This document shows, in pieces, positions 1-11,723 of a stretch of DNA of 64,000 bases. The notes under the pieces were generated by a model, which worked only from the letters and a program-made list of their open reading frames with translations, was not told where the DNA came from and made no database searches. The DNA lies in NCBI GenBank assembly GCA_001599295.1, contig BCGN01000003.1, positions 248,001 through 312,000 of the forward strand, read 5' to 3'. The stretch comes from Sporopachydermia quercuum (Eukaryota). Within the stretch, counting starts at the first letter, position 1. Each line of letters begins with the position of its first letter. The translations under genes and the position numbers were made by a program.

Positions 1-2602
1 TCAGTACTTCCAATGTTAATACATTTTCTTTCACCAATGCACCATAGAATTTAGATAGGTGGGCTAACCGTTTAATAGTCACATCCTCTGAATTGCCATT
101 AGTTCCATTACTAATATCATCATCGGCATCAGCTTGAGGATCCATTCCTGACTCCAAATTGCCAATTAAATCCCAGAATTGGAATTGGAACACTTTCCAT
201 AGCCATTTGAGATCTCTGCATAGTTGGACAGCTACAAGAGAATAGTAAGGATTATAAACAGGTTCTTTTCCACAGCAGTGAGTTAACACAGTTGCAATTT
301 CTTTAGCTTGAGCCCGTTTCAAGCCTAGTTTGGTAATCCTATCAGCAGCATCAGCATAATCTTCCGCACTCATGACAGTAATGAATATTGCTCTTCTAAC
401 ATCAGTGTTCATTCTCTGAGCTCTTGCTAGGGTCATCCAATCAACTTCGTTCGCATCTAAGGTTTCAGCAAACTCACTATTCGCTTTGTTCTTACTATCC
501 CCACGATCGTTGCTATTCAGACCATCTGTAGCAGTCTCGCCAAAGCCTTCGCCTCTGAATGCACTGCCGACAAGCCACCATTTACCTCGTTTGTCAGCAT
601 CACGTAAATCCTGAAGAGAAATCCTTAATGGCTCTTGCTTTTGACCTATTGAGCCAAGCACTTTTCTAAGCCTAGTCAGAGATTCGGTCACTGTGGCTAT
701 GCCTAATTTATCCTTAGCGGTTATTTTGTTATTTTTCAACGCGGTAACACATTCAGTCAAGAACTGCATTCTTGCTGACGATCCAGTGCCAGGGACTTGA
801 GCTTGTAGGTCATTCACCATTTGTTTCAAAGCGGTAGGATCCTCTGTTCGCAATTGAGGACCAGCCATTCGTATCACTGTAAGCATCAATTCTGTTCCCA
901 GTTCTGTGCCTTTAGATATAAATTCTCTGACATAGCCATACAGAAGTTGGGGGCCAAATAACTGGAAGCTGTATAATCCACATAATAACGTTATTAGATT
1001 ATTAGGTTCTCTACTTGTCAAATCGGTTTTCTCTTTCCAAAAACCATCAAATGTTTCAACAACTGTTTGGAGAAGCATAGCAGAGAAATCTGTTCCAGTA
1101 GTTAGCCGAGTTAGGCCCGAAGCAGCAGCAGAATAGAGAATTGAGAATTGAGGCAATAAAGGACCAGGAACTGACACCGAGTCAATTATTGTTTTAATTA
1201 TGGCAGAATTGACAGTATGTCTAGGATGAGAAAGATATAAAGGGGTGAGAGCTGAAAGAATGGATGATATGTTTTGTTCAGATAAACGATTGAACAGACC
1301 TTTCACTTTAGCAGTTATCGCAGGGTCTAAGTCGTTTGACATCAAAGAGGAATTAGAATTGGCGTTGGAGTTGGCATTGATAGTAGCCGTAGTTGTAGTT
1401 GTGGTAGAAGCAGCTTCCATACGTTTTCTTAATGCTGGTGGAATATATTTGCCCGTTGTGGGAGCTGAGTAAGGGTCTTCTCTCGTTTTAGTAGAGTGGG
1501 TTGGTTGCTTTTCAGTAATGTCATTATCGTCTCCGTCTTCCTCTTCTTCTTCTTCTTCTTCTTCTTCTTTTTCTTCTTTTTCTTCAGCATCTCCATCATC
1601 TAACTCATTATCACTGTCAAAGTCTGAACTATCTAATTCATCATCTGACCATGGTAGCTTAATATCTTCTTCTATATCTTCTTCTTCTTCCTCAGTATCA
1701 AAATCGGAACTATTCAATTCATCGTCAGTCCAAGGTAACTTTTCTACCATCTCATTACCTTCTATCTCATCCTCATTATCATTGATATCATCTCCTTCGC
1801 TAATAACTTCACCGGAATAATCGTCGAGGAAATCCAATCCATCAAGTAAACCTCCAATGAAATCATCATCATTTTCTTTCTGCAGTTTTGTTCCTTTGAT
1901 TCCTAATTTTTCAGCATAATATGCAACATCCGCATCTTCAGCATGTAGTAGTTTCTTTGCTTTCTTATTCTTAGGTTCTTTACTCTTAAAACTGCTCTTG
2001 GCACTACTATTAGTATTACCAGTGGATGAGATACCTTTTGATTTACTGTCCTTCCCAGTCTCGTTGTGTTCGGTTCTTGATTCTTTGCTCCTTTTAACTT
2101 TTTTCTCTTTTGTCGATACATCTTCCTTTATATCAGCGTTCTTTCGGGCTTTTTTCTCTTTCAATAAAGCCATTGTTGCCTCAACATCGGAAACCACTGA
2201 CCGTTTGGGCTTCTCATTTTTCGATTTAGCACTCGAGCTAGTAGAATTCTGCTTCTTATGTTTTTTAGCTGCTAACAAGGCCATTGTACTAGCCGCGTCA
2301 AGTCCATTACCATCATCATTTTCTTCACTATCATTAAAACCTGTGAAATCCTCTTCTTCCTCCTCTTCATTGACATTAGTNCTACTGTTCGACAGGCTTT
2401 CATTATGAGCACCTTTTGATTTCACTTGCACTTTTCTCTGCTTTTTCAACTGCCTTTCTTGTTTTCGACGTTCTTTTCTATTGACTGTAGGCTTACTTTT
2501 TCTCTTCCTAAATCTAGAATCGTTTTCATTATTACCTGATTTTATCTCGTCAAGTATTGTTCCTGGCAGTTCAATGCCTTTCCTTCTTATAGGAGGAGCC
2601 AT
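1..2602 (-). CDS. SGD1: Sgd1/NOM1-like nucleolar MIF4G+MA3 protein (3' end runs off window)
   Basis: ATG at 2602 (MAPPIRRKGIELPGTILDEIK); K/E/D-rich N-terminus; KYIPPALRK, KVKGLFNRLSEQN, KRGKWWLVGSAF, QRMNTDVRRAIFITVMSAEDY motifs. Missing from the ORF track because there is no stop in the window. Confidence 0.9.
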   Translation of the reverse strand, partial: MAPPIRRKGIELPGTILDEIKSGNNENDSRFRKRKSKPTVNRKERRKQERQLKKQRKVQVKSKGAHNESLSNSXTNVNEEEEEEDFTGFNDSEENDDGNGLDAASTMALLAAKKHKKQNSTSSSAKSKNEKPKRSVVSDVEATMALLKEKKARKNADIKEDVSTKEKKVKRSKESRTEHNETGKDSKSKGISSTGNTNSSAKSSFKSKEPKNKKAKKLLHAEDADVAYYAEKLGIKGTKLQKENDDDFIGGLLDGLDFLDDYSGEVISEGDDINDNEDEIEGNEMVEKLPWTDDELNSSDFDTEEEEEDIEEDIKLPWSDDELDSSDFDSDNELDDGDAEEKEEKEEEEEEEEEEDGDDNDITEKQPTHSTKTREDPYSAPTTGKYIPPALRKRMEAASTTTTTTATINANSNANSNSSLMSNDLDPAITAKVKGLFNRLSEQNISSILSALTPLYLSHPRHTVNSAIIKTIIDSVSVPGPLLPQFSILYSAAASGLTRLTTGTDFSAMLLQTVVETFDGFWKEKTDLTSREPNNLITLLCGLYSFQLFGPQLLYGYVREFISKGTELGTELMLTVIRMAGPQLRTEDPTALKQMVNDLQAQVPGTGSSARMQFLTECVTALKNNKITAKDKLGIATVTESLTRLRKVLGSIGQKQEPLRISLQDLRDADKRGKWWLVGSAFRGEGFGETATDGLNSNDRGDSKNKANSEFAETLDANEVDWMTLARAQRMNTDVRRAIFITVMSAEDYADAADRITKLGLKRAQAKEIATVLTHCCGKEPVYNPYYSLVAVQLCRDLKWLWKVFQFQFWDLIGNLESGMDPQADADDDISNGTNGNSEDVTIKRLAHLSKFYGALVKENVLTLEVL

Positions 2603-3223
2603 GATGGCATGTCAAATAATTTCTGCTTTGCTAGCTGTTCCAGTGCAGCAAAAAAGTGCACCGTTGGATTCAATAAAACCAAATATAACTAAGCAAGTAA
2701 ATGGTTATATTATTCAAAAATCACAAGGTTATAGGCTATCAAAGTGACCATACCTTTCATTTGTTTGATCAGAAATATTCTTTCAGATTCCCATACAAAC
2801 TAAAAATTTATTCAGAGGGACTGATAATTTTCACTTTGGAGTCTACGAAGCATCAGGGGCCCTTCTATTCAGGCCCTTCAGTTTGAGTACCCGCTCCAGT
2901 TTGCCTCCAAACACCTCTTGAGCTAAACGGATACAATAACTCCTTATTACGGAAATGATATGGTTATGTGTGATATACCATTTTACCAGAAACTTACAAT
3001 CAATGGAGTCTATCAAAGGCAATAGCAGATATGATGCATTATACAAAGGATAATAGTGATTTATATTTGTCTCTTTAGTTAAAGAATTACGTCAAGTGTT
3101 TCTTAGAGTGTTTGGAGCATTGTGGGGTAAATTGGGGATTTGACGGTTGGATATCCAACAGTAGCTACAGAAGCACTACAGTCAGTTGATGAGATAGTGC
3201 CTTAGAGAATATAAGTATCAACT

Positions 3224-4318
3224 ATGTCAATGAGGAATGGATTAAGAAAACTCTTAGGGTCTTTAGACCCTGAAATGGTGTCAAATGTAGTTATAACTAT
3301 AATGGCTACAGGGTTAGCGGTTTATTTAGGACACAGCTTATCATCGCAGTTTCTTGATGGTCCCAATAGAAGTAAAGAGTCAAAAAGAAAGAGCAACAGT
3401 ACTTTACAAAGGTTAAGCAAAGCATATCCGGGGATAGAAAAAACACTGGATGACTACGAAATGGCAATAATAGCTAATGTTGTTACCCCAAGTGAGATCA
3501 AAACGTCTTTTGAAGATATTGGAGGTTTAGAAGCAATAGTTGATGATCTAAAAGAAAGTGTACTATACCCTTTAACAGTGCCGTCATTATACTCTCATTC
3601 ACCTTTATTAACAGCACCAAAAGGTGTTCTTCTTTATGGTCCTCCTGGCTGCGGTAAAACTATGATGGCCAAAGCATTAGCAGCAGAATCTTCTGCTAAT
3701 TTTATTACAATTCGCATGTCTCAAGTTTTAGATAAATGGCTAGGAGAATCCAATAAGCTAGTAGCTGCTATCTTTTCTCTAGCAAACAAACTTCAACCAT
3801 GCATTATATTTATAGACGAGATTGATTCTTTTCTTAGAGATCGACAGTCTACTGATCATGAAGTAAGCGCTATGATTAAAGCTGAATTTATGACTTTATG
3901 GGATGGTCTAAGCACAGCCGAGAATTCTCGTGTTCTTGTTTTAGGAGCTACCAATAGACCAGCTGATATTGACGATGCATTTCTTCGTCGTATGCCTAAG
4001 CGATTTGCTGTTTCCTTGCCAAGCGAGGAACAGCGAAAGAAAATTCTCACTATTTTGTTGAAAGATTCAGAGCTTGATAATGAGAATTTTGATCTTGATG
4101 TGATAGCCAAAGAAACTGTTGGAATGAGTGGTAGTGATTTGAAAGAAACATGTAGAACTGCTGCTATGACAGCAATGAGAGAGTACATTAGATCTAAAGG
4201 AAAAGATGGACTTCAGGCTGGCGAGGAGGTGAAAATTCGCCCTTTAGTTAATGACGATTTTCTTTTGAACATTCCAAGATATGTTGCTAAGAGAGACCGT
4301 GAGACTCAAGTTGAGTAA
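3224..4318 (+). CDS. MSP1: Mitochondrial outer membrane AAA+ dislocase Msp1/ATAD1
   Basis: N-terminal TM segment, Walker A GPPGCGKT, pore loop KWLGES, Walker [22 protein letters not shown]; next to ERV1 as in S. cerevisiae. Confidence 0.95.
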   Translation: MSMRNGLRKLLGSLDPEMVSNVVITIMATGLAVYLGHSLSSQFLDGPNRSKESKRKSNSTLQRLSKAYPGIEKTLDDYEMAIIANVVTPSEIKTSFEDIGGLEAIVDDLKESVLYPLTVPSLYSHSPLLTAPKGVLLYGPPGCGKTMMAKALAAESSANFITIRMSQVLDKWLGESNKLVAAIFSLANKLQPCIIFIDEIDSFLRDRQSTDHEVSAMIKAEFMTLWDGLSTAENSRVLVLGATNRPADIDDAFLRRMPKRFAVSLPSEEQRKKILTILLKDSELDNENFDLDVIAKETVGMSGSDLKETCRTAAMTAMREYIRSKGKDGLQAGEEVKIRPLVNDDFLLNIPRYVAKRDRETQVE

Positions 4319-5775
4319 TGAGTTTAATGAGTAGTATTACTTCTTTCATCTGTTCATCATCACAGTTTTATTTATTTACTTAGTAGATAATCGACTAGTA
4401 TCAGCTGGTTTTATGTATATATTATCTTATTCTATTGTTTTAATAAACTTTATGTTACTGTTAGATGGAACTTCACGGTATCTTTCAATGGAGTAGTTAT
4501 TTGTCGGAGAGAAAGTGGAGAATAATGATGATGGGGCTGATTATGATTACTTAGAATAAGTATATGAATTGAAGATGTAATTGACAAGAGTGGAATAATT
4601 ATTTTGGTAATTATTGTTAAATGTCAACAGAATTGATATATAGCCAGTAAGAATGGTTGTATGTTTCAGTATCAATCAATAATCTAGCAATTCTTATTTT
4701 TTTTTTTTCGTTTTAGATTATCGTCATCATATGAGAAACAGATGATTAGAGGATTGATAAATCCATCAGTTCACTGAATCACTGGAAATGATAATAAGTG
4801 CACTGAATGATTGATTCTGGATGCAAGTGTTTGTTATTGGGACTAATCGACACTTTAACCTGTTATCAATCAAGATTAAATCATACTTTACAATCGTCTC
4901 TTGCTTAAACANGTTGATCAATAACGAATTTTGATTTAAGTCGTTTCATCCTTTTGATTTGATTTTGATGATAAAAACCCACGTATCCCAGTCAAGCTGC
5001 GTCCTTTATTTACTTCGCATATTTGGTAAGGAATCATCAGATCCTGTCAAGACAATCAGTTGCGACAGTTGGATCAAATTGATTCCATCAATTGCACTAA
5101 AAACCATAAAACAACTATTCTACTCATAAATATAAGTGTTCAGCCACTCATATATAAATATAATCTGATAATTTATAGCAATATCTTCGATCATAATATC
5201 CAATTATCATCCATCAAGTCACATCTATTAATTGCTTTATCAATGACAAACCATCTGTGGCTTAGCATACTCATTTGCCATATTGCCACATAGCCATATT
5301 CGACTACATTAGGAACTCAGCCACTGATTTGTCGTTTACATCGTTAAGCAATATCCTTTTTCCTATTCTTCGCCTTGCCATTACTAATACACAGGAAGTC
5401 ATTGTTATTATGTTTCTTATGTTATTTTATTATTACACATTCTTTCCTTTGTTGATATTTCCTACTGCTTCAATGATAAATTAATGAATATTGAGTCTAT
5501 GTAGTTAGAAAGTATGTGCCATATCCCTCCTACAGTTATCGCCTCATGAGCTTCTGCCACTAAACTGATCTGTTTGATATTCAGTGAATAACCAGGAACT
5601 ATCTATCGAGCGTACTATTCAACTAACTGAGTGAACAGTACTATCATTATTAGAATAGAGACAATGTTTGATGGGCAGGAGCACTCATTAGTAGTAACAG
5701 TTCTATTGACACTCTGATTCCCAGAATAACTAACCATCACCAATTACCTTCAAGTACCTTCAAGTATCTACAAAT

Positions 5776-6630
5776 ATGATTGAGTATCCTGTGCCACCAG
5801 GTAAACCTGAATTTACACCAAATGGCAAGAGAATCATTTATGACAAAGATGGAAAACCGTAAGTATAAGATGGAGCTTTTAATTGAAGGTGAATGATAGT
5901 AACATCAATACCAACAGTACTATCTGGGGCAGTGGCAGTGGCTACTATAGCTTTTGCCCAGGTAATGATAATAAAGAAGATAGTAACAAGTACTGTTTAA
6001 TATTAACGGGTATCTATTTTGTTGCCTGTATTACTTTTAATACCGTATTATCGGGTATTTTCAGTTTACCACTTATCATCTTACTCAACAGCTACTAACA
6101 ACCATAGCTGTCGAACTTGCAATGCATTAATGGATTTCCAATTCGCTAATAAAGCGAACGCGGGATCTAAAGCTTCAAAAGCTTTTTCTGGTGCTGCAAT
6201 TGCATCAATTGCATCAGCTATCAATTCCGATTCATCTGTTCCTAAAGAGTACTACGACTGTCCGCCAGATTCAGTCGAGCTTGGTAAATCCTCTTGGACC
6301 CTTCTCCATTCTCTTGCTGCTGCGTACCCTGAAAAACCTTCGAATGAAGAACAGACAAGAATGTCGAGTTTCATTAAAATATTCTCGCAAATATATCCTT
6401 GTTCCTACTGTGCTGGCGATTTTCAGAAATGGATAGCTAAAACGGACTCAGCACCTGAAAATTCTAAAGAATATGGATTAAAAACAGCAGTTAAGAGTCA
6501 AGAGTTCTTTGGCCGTTGGCTGTGCAATGCTCATAATGAAGTGAATCGTAAATTAGGGAAAGAAGAGTTCAATTGTGATTTATGGAAGCAAAGATGGAAA
6601 GATGGATGGGAAGATGGGAAATGTGATTAG
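5776..6630 (+). CDS. ERV1: Mitochondrial FAD-linked sulfhydryl oxidase Erv1 (2 exons, 201 aa)
   Basis: Exons 5776-5858 and 6108-6630; intron GTAAGT...TACTAAC...TAG. Splicing restores IIYDKDGKPCRTC; LGKSSWTLLH, YPCSYCA, WLCNAHNEVNRKLGK motifs. Confidence 0.95.
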
Positions 6631-8488
6631 GTGGTTAGATGATCTAGCGATGATGTAAAAGAGTGTGAAAGTTGGTGAGAGTTGGTTTAGAAGAAGCTTG
6701 TATATATTTAGAAGAAACGAGAAAGGAGTAGCTGGGGTGTATGAAGAAGGATTATTTGGAGTATTAAGTATAATATTATGATTACTATGATTAGTATGAT
6801 GATCATACAATAATAATAGCTATATTACCTATAACTACTACGAGTATAAATTATTAGTATGCACTTCCTGTACGAGTTGTTAGTATGAGATATAAGTATG
6901 AACGGTTAGTGCTATTACAATTATTTATTATTGGTTTCTAAATCGTTACTATTAACTACTATTTACAATCATCAGCTACTAACCTACATTTAATAGTCTC
7001 CTTATTATATCATTCTACACTGAATATTACATATATTAATAATTTAAATGTTCTAAATTTCTTCAATTATTCGATTATAAACAAAAGCATCTACAAGAGT
7101 TGTGCTCCGCGATTTTCTAAGAAGATTTCCATCTGAACGAAAAGTTCCGTCAGGGTTTCTTTTCTTTTCTTTTCCTTCAGCATTTGTTGATCTAATAACT
7201 GAACAGAGGCTAAATGTATATCTTACACAGTAATATATATATGTATGTATAAACATCTGATATGATATGATAGCATAACGTATATAATTACTAAAAACTG
7301 CAGCATCAAATATCGGTAGAATATTGGTTACTTCGGTTTTGACTGAGTGCATAGAACTAGAATTGCNAATTGCTAATAGCATGACTGAATATTCCCAGCC
7401 TGTTGTTTATCGTCGTTTGATTTGATTTGATTTGATATTTTGAAGCTATTTGGGTGTTTCTCAGCACGTTTTTCGTTTCCTTTTGTAGAAGTAATAGAGA
7501 AGAGAAATAATAGATTCTTGTTTCAATGGTCTTTAAATTGAATTGTGAATTCACAAGTTTAGTATTATGTGGTATTCCGGTAGTAGTGGTGATACTCATA
7601 CTAATATAGTAACATGAAAGTAACCTAGTAAAAGGAAAGTGAAAGCAGTGAAAGATGGTAATATAAGAAACACAATAGCGACACCAATAACCATATAATA
7701 ATCCTTCTATCTACTACTACAAGTAAAAAGTATTCAAAATAATAACATTACAATTACTATNAAAAGAACTATCAATGTGGGCATATTGAAATCAACACAG
7801 TGGTGATGTACTAAAACTGCTGGTTTATCCAACTAACTCCTAGAAACTCAAGTGCGAAACAATTGAGCCTTTCTGAATGAGATTTGTTGATCTGAAGTGA
7901 AAAATTGCATAGATAATAGATTATTCATTATAGCATAGAACATATAACATATCATATTCTTTATATATGACTATGATCAATATATCTAGTAAAATAATAA
8001 AATAGTATGCTTCTTCTACTATCTTCCCAATTTTCTGCTTTGTATGTACTGTAATTTCATGCAATGTCATAATATATGAATCATCAACGATGTTGTAGTC
8101 AAATCATCGGTTTTGAAAGATTTGATAGATTCGCTGAATTAAATAATCTCCCCATCAGTTGCCTTTAACATTTATCGCTGTTCCTATGAGAAGCCATTTA
8201 TAGTTATCCTATGTTATATCCGAATTACTTAAACAGAGATGAAATACATATTGGGAATAACCAGCTTGAGCAGCTATCTCCAACCACGGACACTCGACAA
8301 TCTGAACTTGATCCGAATAATCTGCCAAGTGAGTGTTGCAGATTCAACCCGAGGTCATCCGAGCTTTGATGAATTATTCCAATCCATCATGCCGATCCCT
8401 TCCGAACTCCGAGCTCCAAAACCGAAAAATATGTCGAGTGCGCCCGGTAAATCCGATTTCTTCCGAAGAAATCCAAACAACTCCAAGC

Positions 8489-10417
8489 TTAATCAAACAA
8501 TGTAAGATCCAACGGAACACTAGTTCCTCTTCCGGAAGGATACAGCTTTTCCCCACCTCGAAAAGATCTCGGCTTCGGGATTTCGTTCTGGTTCTTGAAT
8601 CTAAATCTGTGTGTGTCATCGATGATGAGTCTACTTGATTGTGATGTCATTGTATTACCGTTATTGGAAGTTGTCCCGCTTGATGCCCCGCTGGTTCGGG
8701 AGATTGTATAAGCTGACATATTAATCTTCCGGAGATTCGCCGCTTGAGTCTCATTGGATGCATGGTTACTATTGTCGTGCTCAGATTCTGAACTGTGATG
8801 TTTGTGACCGAAAAGACGGTGTTTATGGTTTTGTGGCGAAGAAGGGGTAAGTGGGGCACTTTCTGCTGGGGGGGCAGGGGGTGGTGGAGGTGGAGCATGA
8901 TGAGAAAGAGAAGAGAGGGAATGTGAAGGAGGGGGAGCCGGCGGAGCTGGTGGAGCCCCGAAAGATGGTGGGGATGGCGGAGCTGGTGGAGCCCCGAAAG
9001 ATGGTGGGGATGGCGGAGCTGGTGGGTTAGAGCTTTGTGATGGAGGCGGAGGCGGGGGCGGAGGAGGTGTTAGTGCACTGATAGAAGGAGCTGGAGGTGC
9101 AGAGAGAGGCTCAGAAGATGGCTTCGGTGCGCCGAATAACGCCTGAGGATTTGTAAACCCAGTATTGATAGGGGGAGCAGCCAGGGGCGCAGGCGGGGAA
9201 GATGGAGGAGAAGGAGGGACTGGAGGAACAGATGCATGTGAATTTGATTGGGGCATTGGAGCGCCAAAAATGGGTGGTGCTGGGGGCGCAGTAGTTGATG
9301 TGGGAAGTTTCGGCGCAGAGGGAGCTGAAGAGAACGGAATTGGCGGGGCCGGGGGCGCAGTAGGAGCTGAAGAAAAAGGGATTGGTGGTGGAGATGGAAT
9401 TGGACGGGATGAACTTGACACAGATAGTGGGGGTGCGGGAGGGCCCGCAGGAGGCACTGGTGGTGCACTGAGACCGGGGATTGGGGGTGCGGAAGGGGCT
9501 GAAATAGTTGGAATTGGTGGGGCTGCTGAACCGGGAATAGGTGGGGGTGCAGCAGGTGGAGACTCTAGTGGGACGCTACCGGTTGGCATTGGTGGCGCTG
9601 GTGGTGGTGCTGGAGGCGCCGACGACATCCGAATCGGAGCCTTCACAGATTCACTCGATTTGGAACCAGGTATCGGAGGTTTTCCCTTTTCGAGACTAAT
9701 AGCCGAAGATGACGACAATCTATCGTTTAAAAATGACTTTTTCGGAGGCCTAGCAGGTCGGTTTGGTACAACCGGAGTTTTCTTTTTAGATACAGGAGCC
9801 GATGATCCTGGAATTGGTGGCGCCGAAGTCAAGGGGATATTTGGGGTAACTATTGGAAGCGCAGGAGGGGCAGGAGCTGTATGTATAGAAGGAATTGAAG
9901 GTGGGGGGTTTCCTGGATTTGGAAATGGATGGTGGGACGAATGTGAATGTAGAAGTGCATGAGTGGCTTTCGGAGTGGTGGATGCTGGAGGTCCCGAGTC
10001 TTTATTTACATGTCGGAGTTTGGGCATTCCACCGGCAAATAAATCGCCTAATCCAGGTGGACCCCCCATTGGAATTGGCGGGGCCGAGTTAGCCCCGCTT
10101 CCACTTGAATGATTTGCAGTCGGAATGTGGGGCACACTTGGTGCCGAAGGGAATCCCGGGTTTGCACCGGAACTGGAGGAATTAGAGTTTCCAACAATCG
10201 GAGCACTTCTGTCATTTGTTTGTGCCTTTTTAAGCCTTGCTCCCTTCCGGATGTCGGACAAAAGTGCATCTGTGTTCGGCAAGGCCCCTGGAACAGGTCT
10301 GGCTGGTAAAGTGGAGCTGGAACCGGAATTACCTCCGAACGGAGGCGGAGGTCCTGGTGGCGGTGGCGGTCCTCCAAATCCAGGTGGCGGTGGCGGCGGT
10401 GGTGGTGGAGCTGGCAT
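8489..10417 (-). CDS. VRP1: Verprolin / WIP-like proline-rich actin regulator
   Basis: N-terminal polyPro, WH2 DALLSDIRKGARLKKAQTNDRSAP, second WH2-like LFAGGMPKLRHV, C-terminal RFRFKN..IPKPRSF..KLYPSGRG..VPLDL. Confidence 0.93.
   Translation of the reverse strand: MPAPPPPPPPPPGFGGPPPPPGPPPPFGGNSGSSSTLPARPVPGALPNTDALLSDIRKGARLKKAQTNDRSAPIVGNSNSSSSGANPGFPSAPSVPHIPTANHSSGSGANSAPPIPMGGPPGLGDLFAGGMPKLRHVNKDSGPPASTTPKATHALLHSHSSHHPFPNPGNPPPSIPSIHTAPAPPALPIVTPNIPLTSAPPIPGSSAPVSKKKTPVVPNRPARPPKKSFLNDRLSSSSAISLEKGKPPIPGSKSSESVKAPIRMSSAPPAPPPAPPMPTGSVPLESPPAAPPPIPGSAAPPIPTISAPSAPPIPGLSAPPVPPAGPPAPPLSVSSSSRPIPSPPPIPFSSAPTAPPAPPIPFSSAPSAPKLPTSTTAPPAPPIFGAPMPQSNSHASVPPVPPSPPSSPPAPLAAPPINTGFTNPQALFGAPKPSSEPLSAPPAPSISALTPPPPPPPPPSQSSNPPAPPSPPSFGAPPAPPSPPSFGAPPAPPAPPPSHSLSSLSHHAPPPPPPAPPAESAPLTPSSPQNHKHRLFGHKHHSSESEHDNSNHASNETQAANLRKINMSAYTISRTSGASSGTTSNNGNTMTSQSSRLIIDDTHRFRFKNQNEIPKPRSFRGGEKLYPSGRGTSVPLDLTLFD
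8940..9025. repeat. Perfect 36-bp coding tandem repeat, about 2.4 copies, within VRP1
   Basis: GGCGGAGCTGGTGGAGCCCCGAAAGATGGTGGGGAT at 8940 and 8976 plus a partial copy at 9012; encodes PPAPPSPPSFGA repeats. Confidence 0.9.
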
Positions 10418-11723
10418 TGTAATTTACCCGCTATTAGGCCTCAAAATCTATTCTATCGTTCTACCGATAAGGTACCAACCGTACACAATGAATGCAGTAG
10501 CAGTAGCACACCAGCGGGTTCAGCATAAAATCTAGCGGTTGCAAGTCCGTAAATTTGCAATCCTTTTCAGATACAATCAATTGATGTATTCTGCTATTCA
10601 AAGTGATAATAATAAAGAAAAAATTGCTAATAAGATTGCTATATATTGTATCTTCTTTATAATAGCTGTTATTGCTATTTGATAGGAGGGAGAGGAAAGG
10701 CCACAATAAGGAATGAGATGTATTTTTAGCAAGCGGAGGTGAGTTGTAGATGGGACATGGGACAACAAAAGGGACATGAGAAAATATATTAAATGCTTAC
10801 GTGAACAACACTTTTAGGAATTTTAGATTNTGTAATTGTTTATTACTTGTATTTTGATCATCTGGTCCGCCCTGCTCTGCTTGGCCCGGGTGAGCATGAA
10901 GGTTATTACTGGTAACTATGTGGAGTGGAAATAAATAGAAATATTATTTATATTCAATTCAATTCAATTCAATACAATTGTTATTGTTAATGTTATATAA
11001 AAGATACCTGTTGAATAATGATGGGTCCGGTGCAAAAATTTGCCAATGTGACAAAGATAATGAAAGGACAGCTTCTGAAACCTATTTGATCTCATTCTCT
11101 CATCTGATAGGAATACCATCATCAAACATGGTATCTAAATCGATATAATTGACAACGTACCCAAACCTATAAAATAAAGCCATAAAATAAATAAGAAAAG
11201 AGAGAAATATTCGTAGAAAGCATAAAATAAGGTATAAAGCNTATACTAAATCACTAATAATACGAGACAATGAGAATAATAAAAACAAGGAAGAACTTAG
11301 AAAAACATAAATATAGAAGCCATGTGCGCAAACTGATAANAGCATATGTGCATGTATTAACAGAATACATCGATTGCTATACTGTGATTGCAAGTTGATC
11401 CAAGCCACATCCAAGCCACATATCAAAGAAATAACAAACAACCAAATGGAAATCAAAAGAGGACCAAAAAATTGGATAGCACCCAGATTATATGATAGCA
11501 AACCCATAAGGTAAGAATCAGCTCAATTGACACTTTTTGAGCTTTACCATTCCGTACAATTGTATAAAGATTGCTCACAGTATACATGNATCAGAATGCT
11601 AGACGTTTTGATTAATAACAATAATCTAACCTTACTTTTCCTCGATGCCATTAGACACGTTCCTGCGATAATCCCACTTTATTACACTTTCCGCTGTCTC
11701 TGATNTGCTTGTTGTGCCTNCTT

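Noticed and set aside
1245..2747. Plus-strand Ser/Phe-rich ORFs
   Set aside because: Antisense shadows of the K/E/D-rich SGD1 coding sequence
4500..5760. TGATGA/CTGA boxes and splice-like signals upstream of ERV1 (snoRNA host or 5'UTR intron)
   Set aside because: No convincing C/D pair with rRNA complementarity; such short motifs are common in AT-rich DNA
9165..10535. Long Gly-rich plus-strand ORFs
   Set aside because: Antisense shadows of Pro-rich VRP1
11100..11507. 135-aa hydrophobic ORF
   Set aside because: Composition typical of antisense A-rich non-coding DNA (PPQ1 3' region); no recognisable motif
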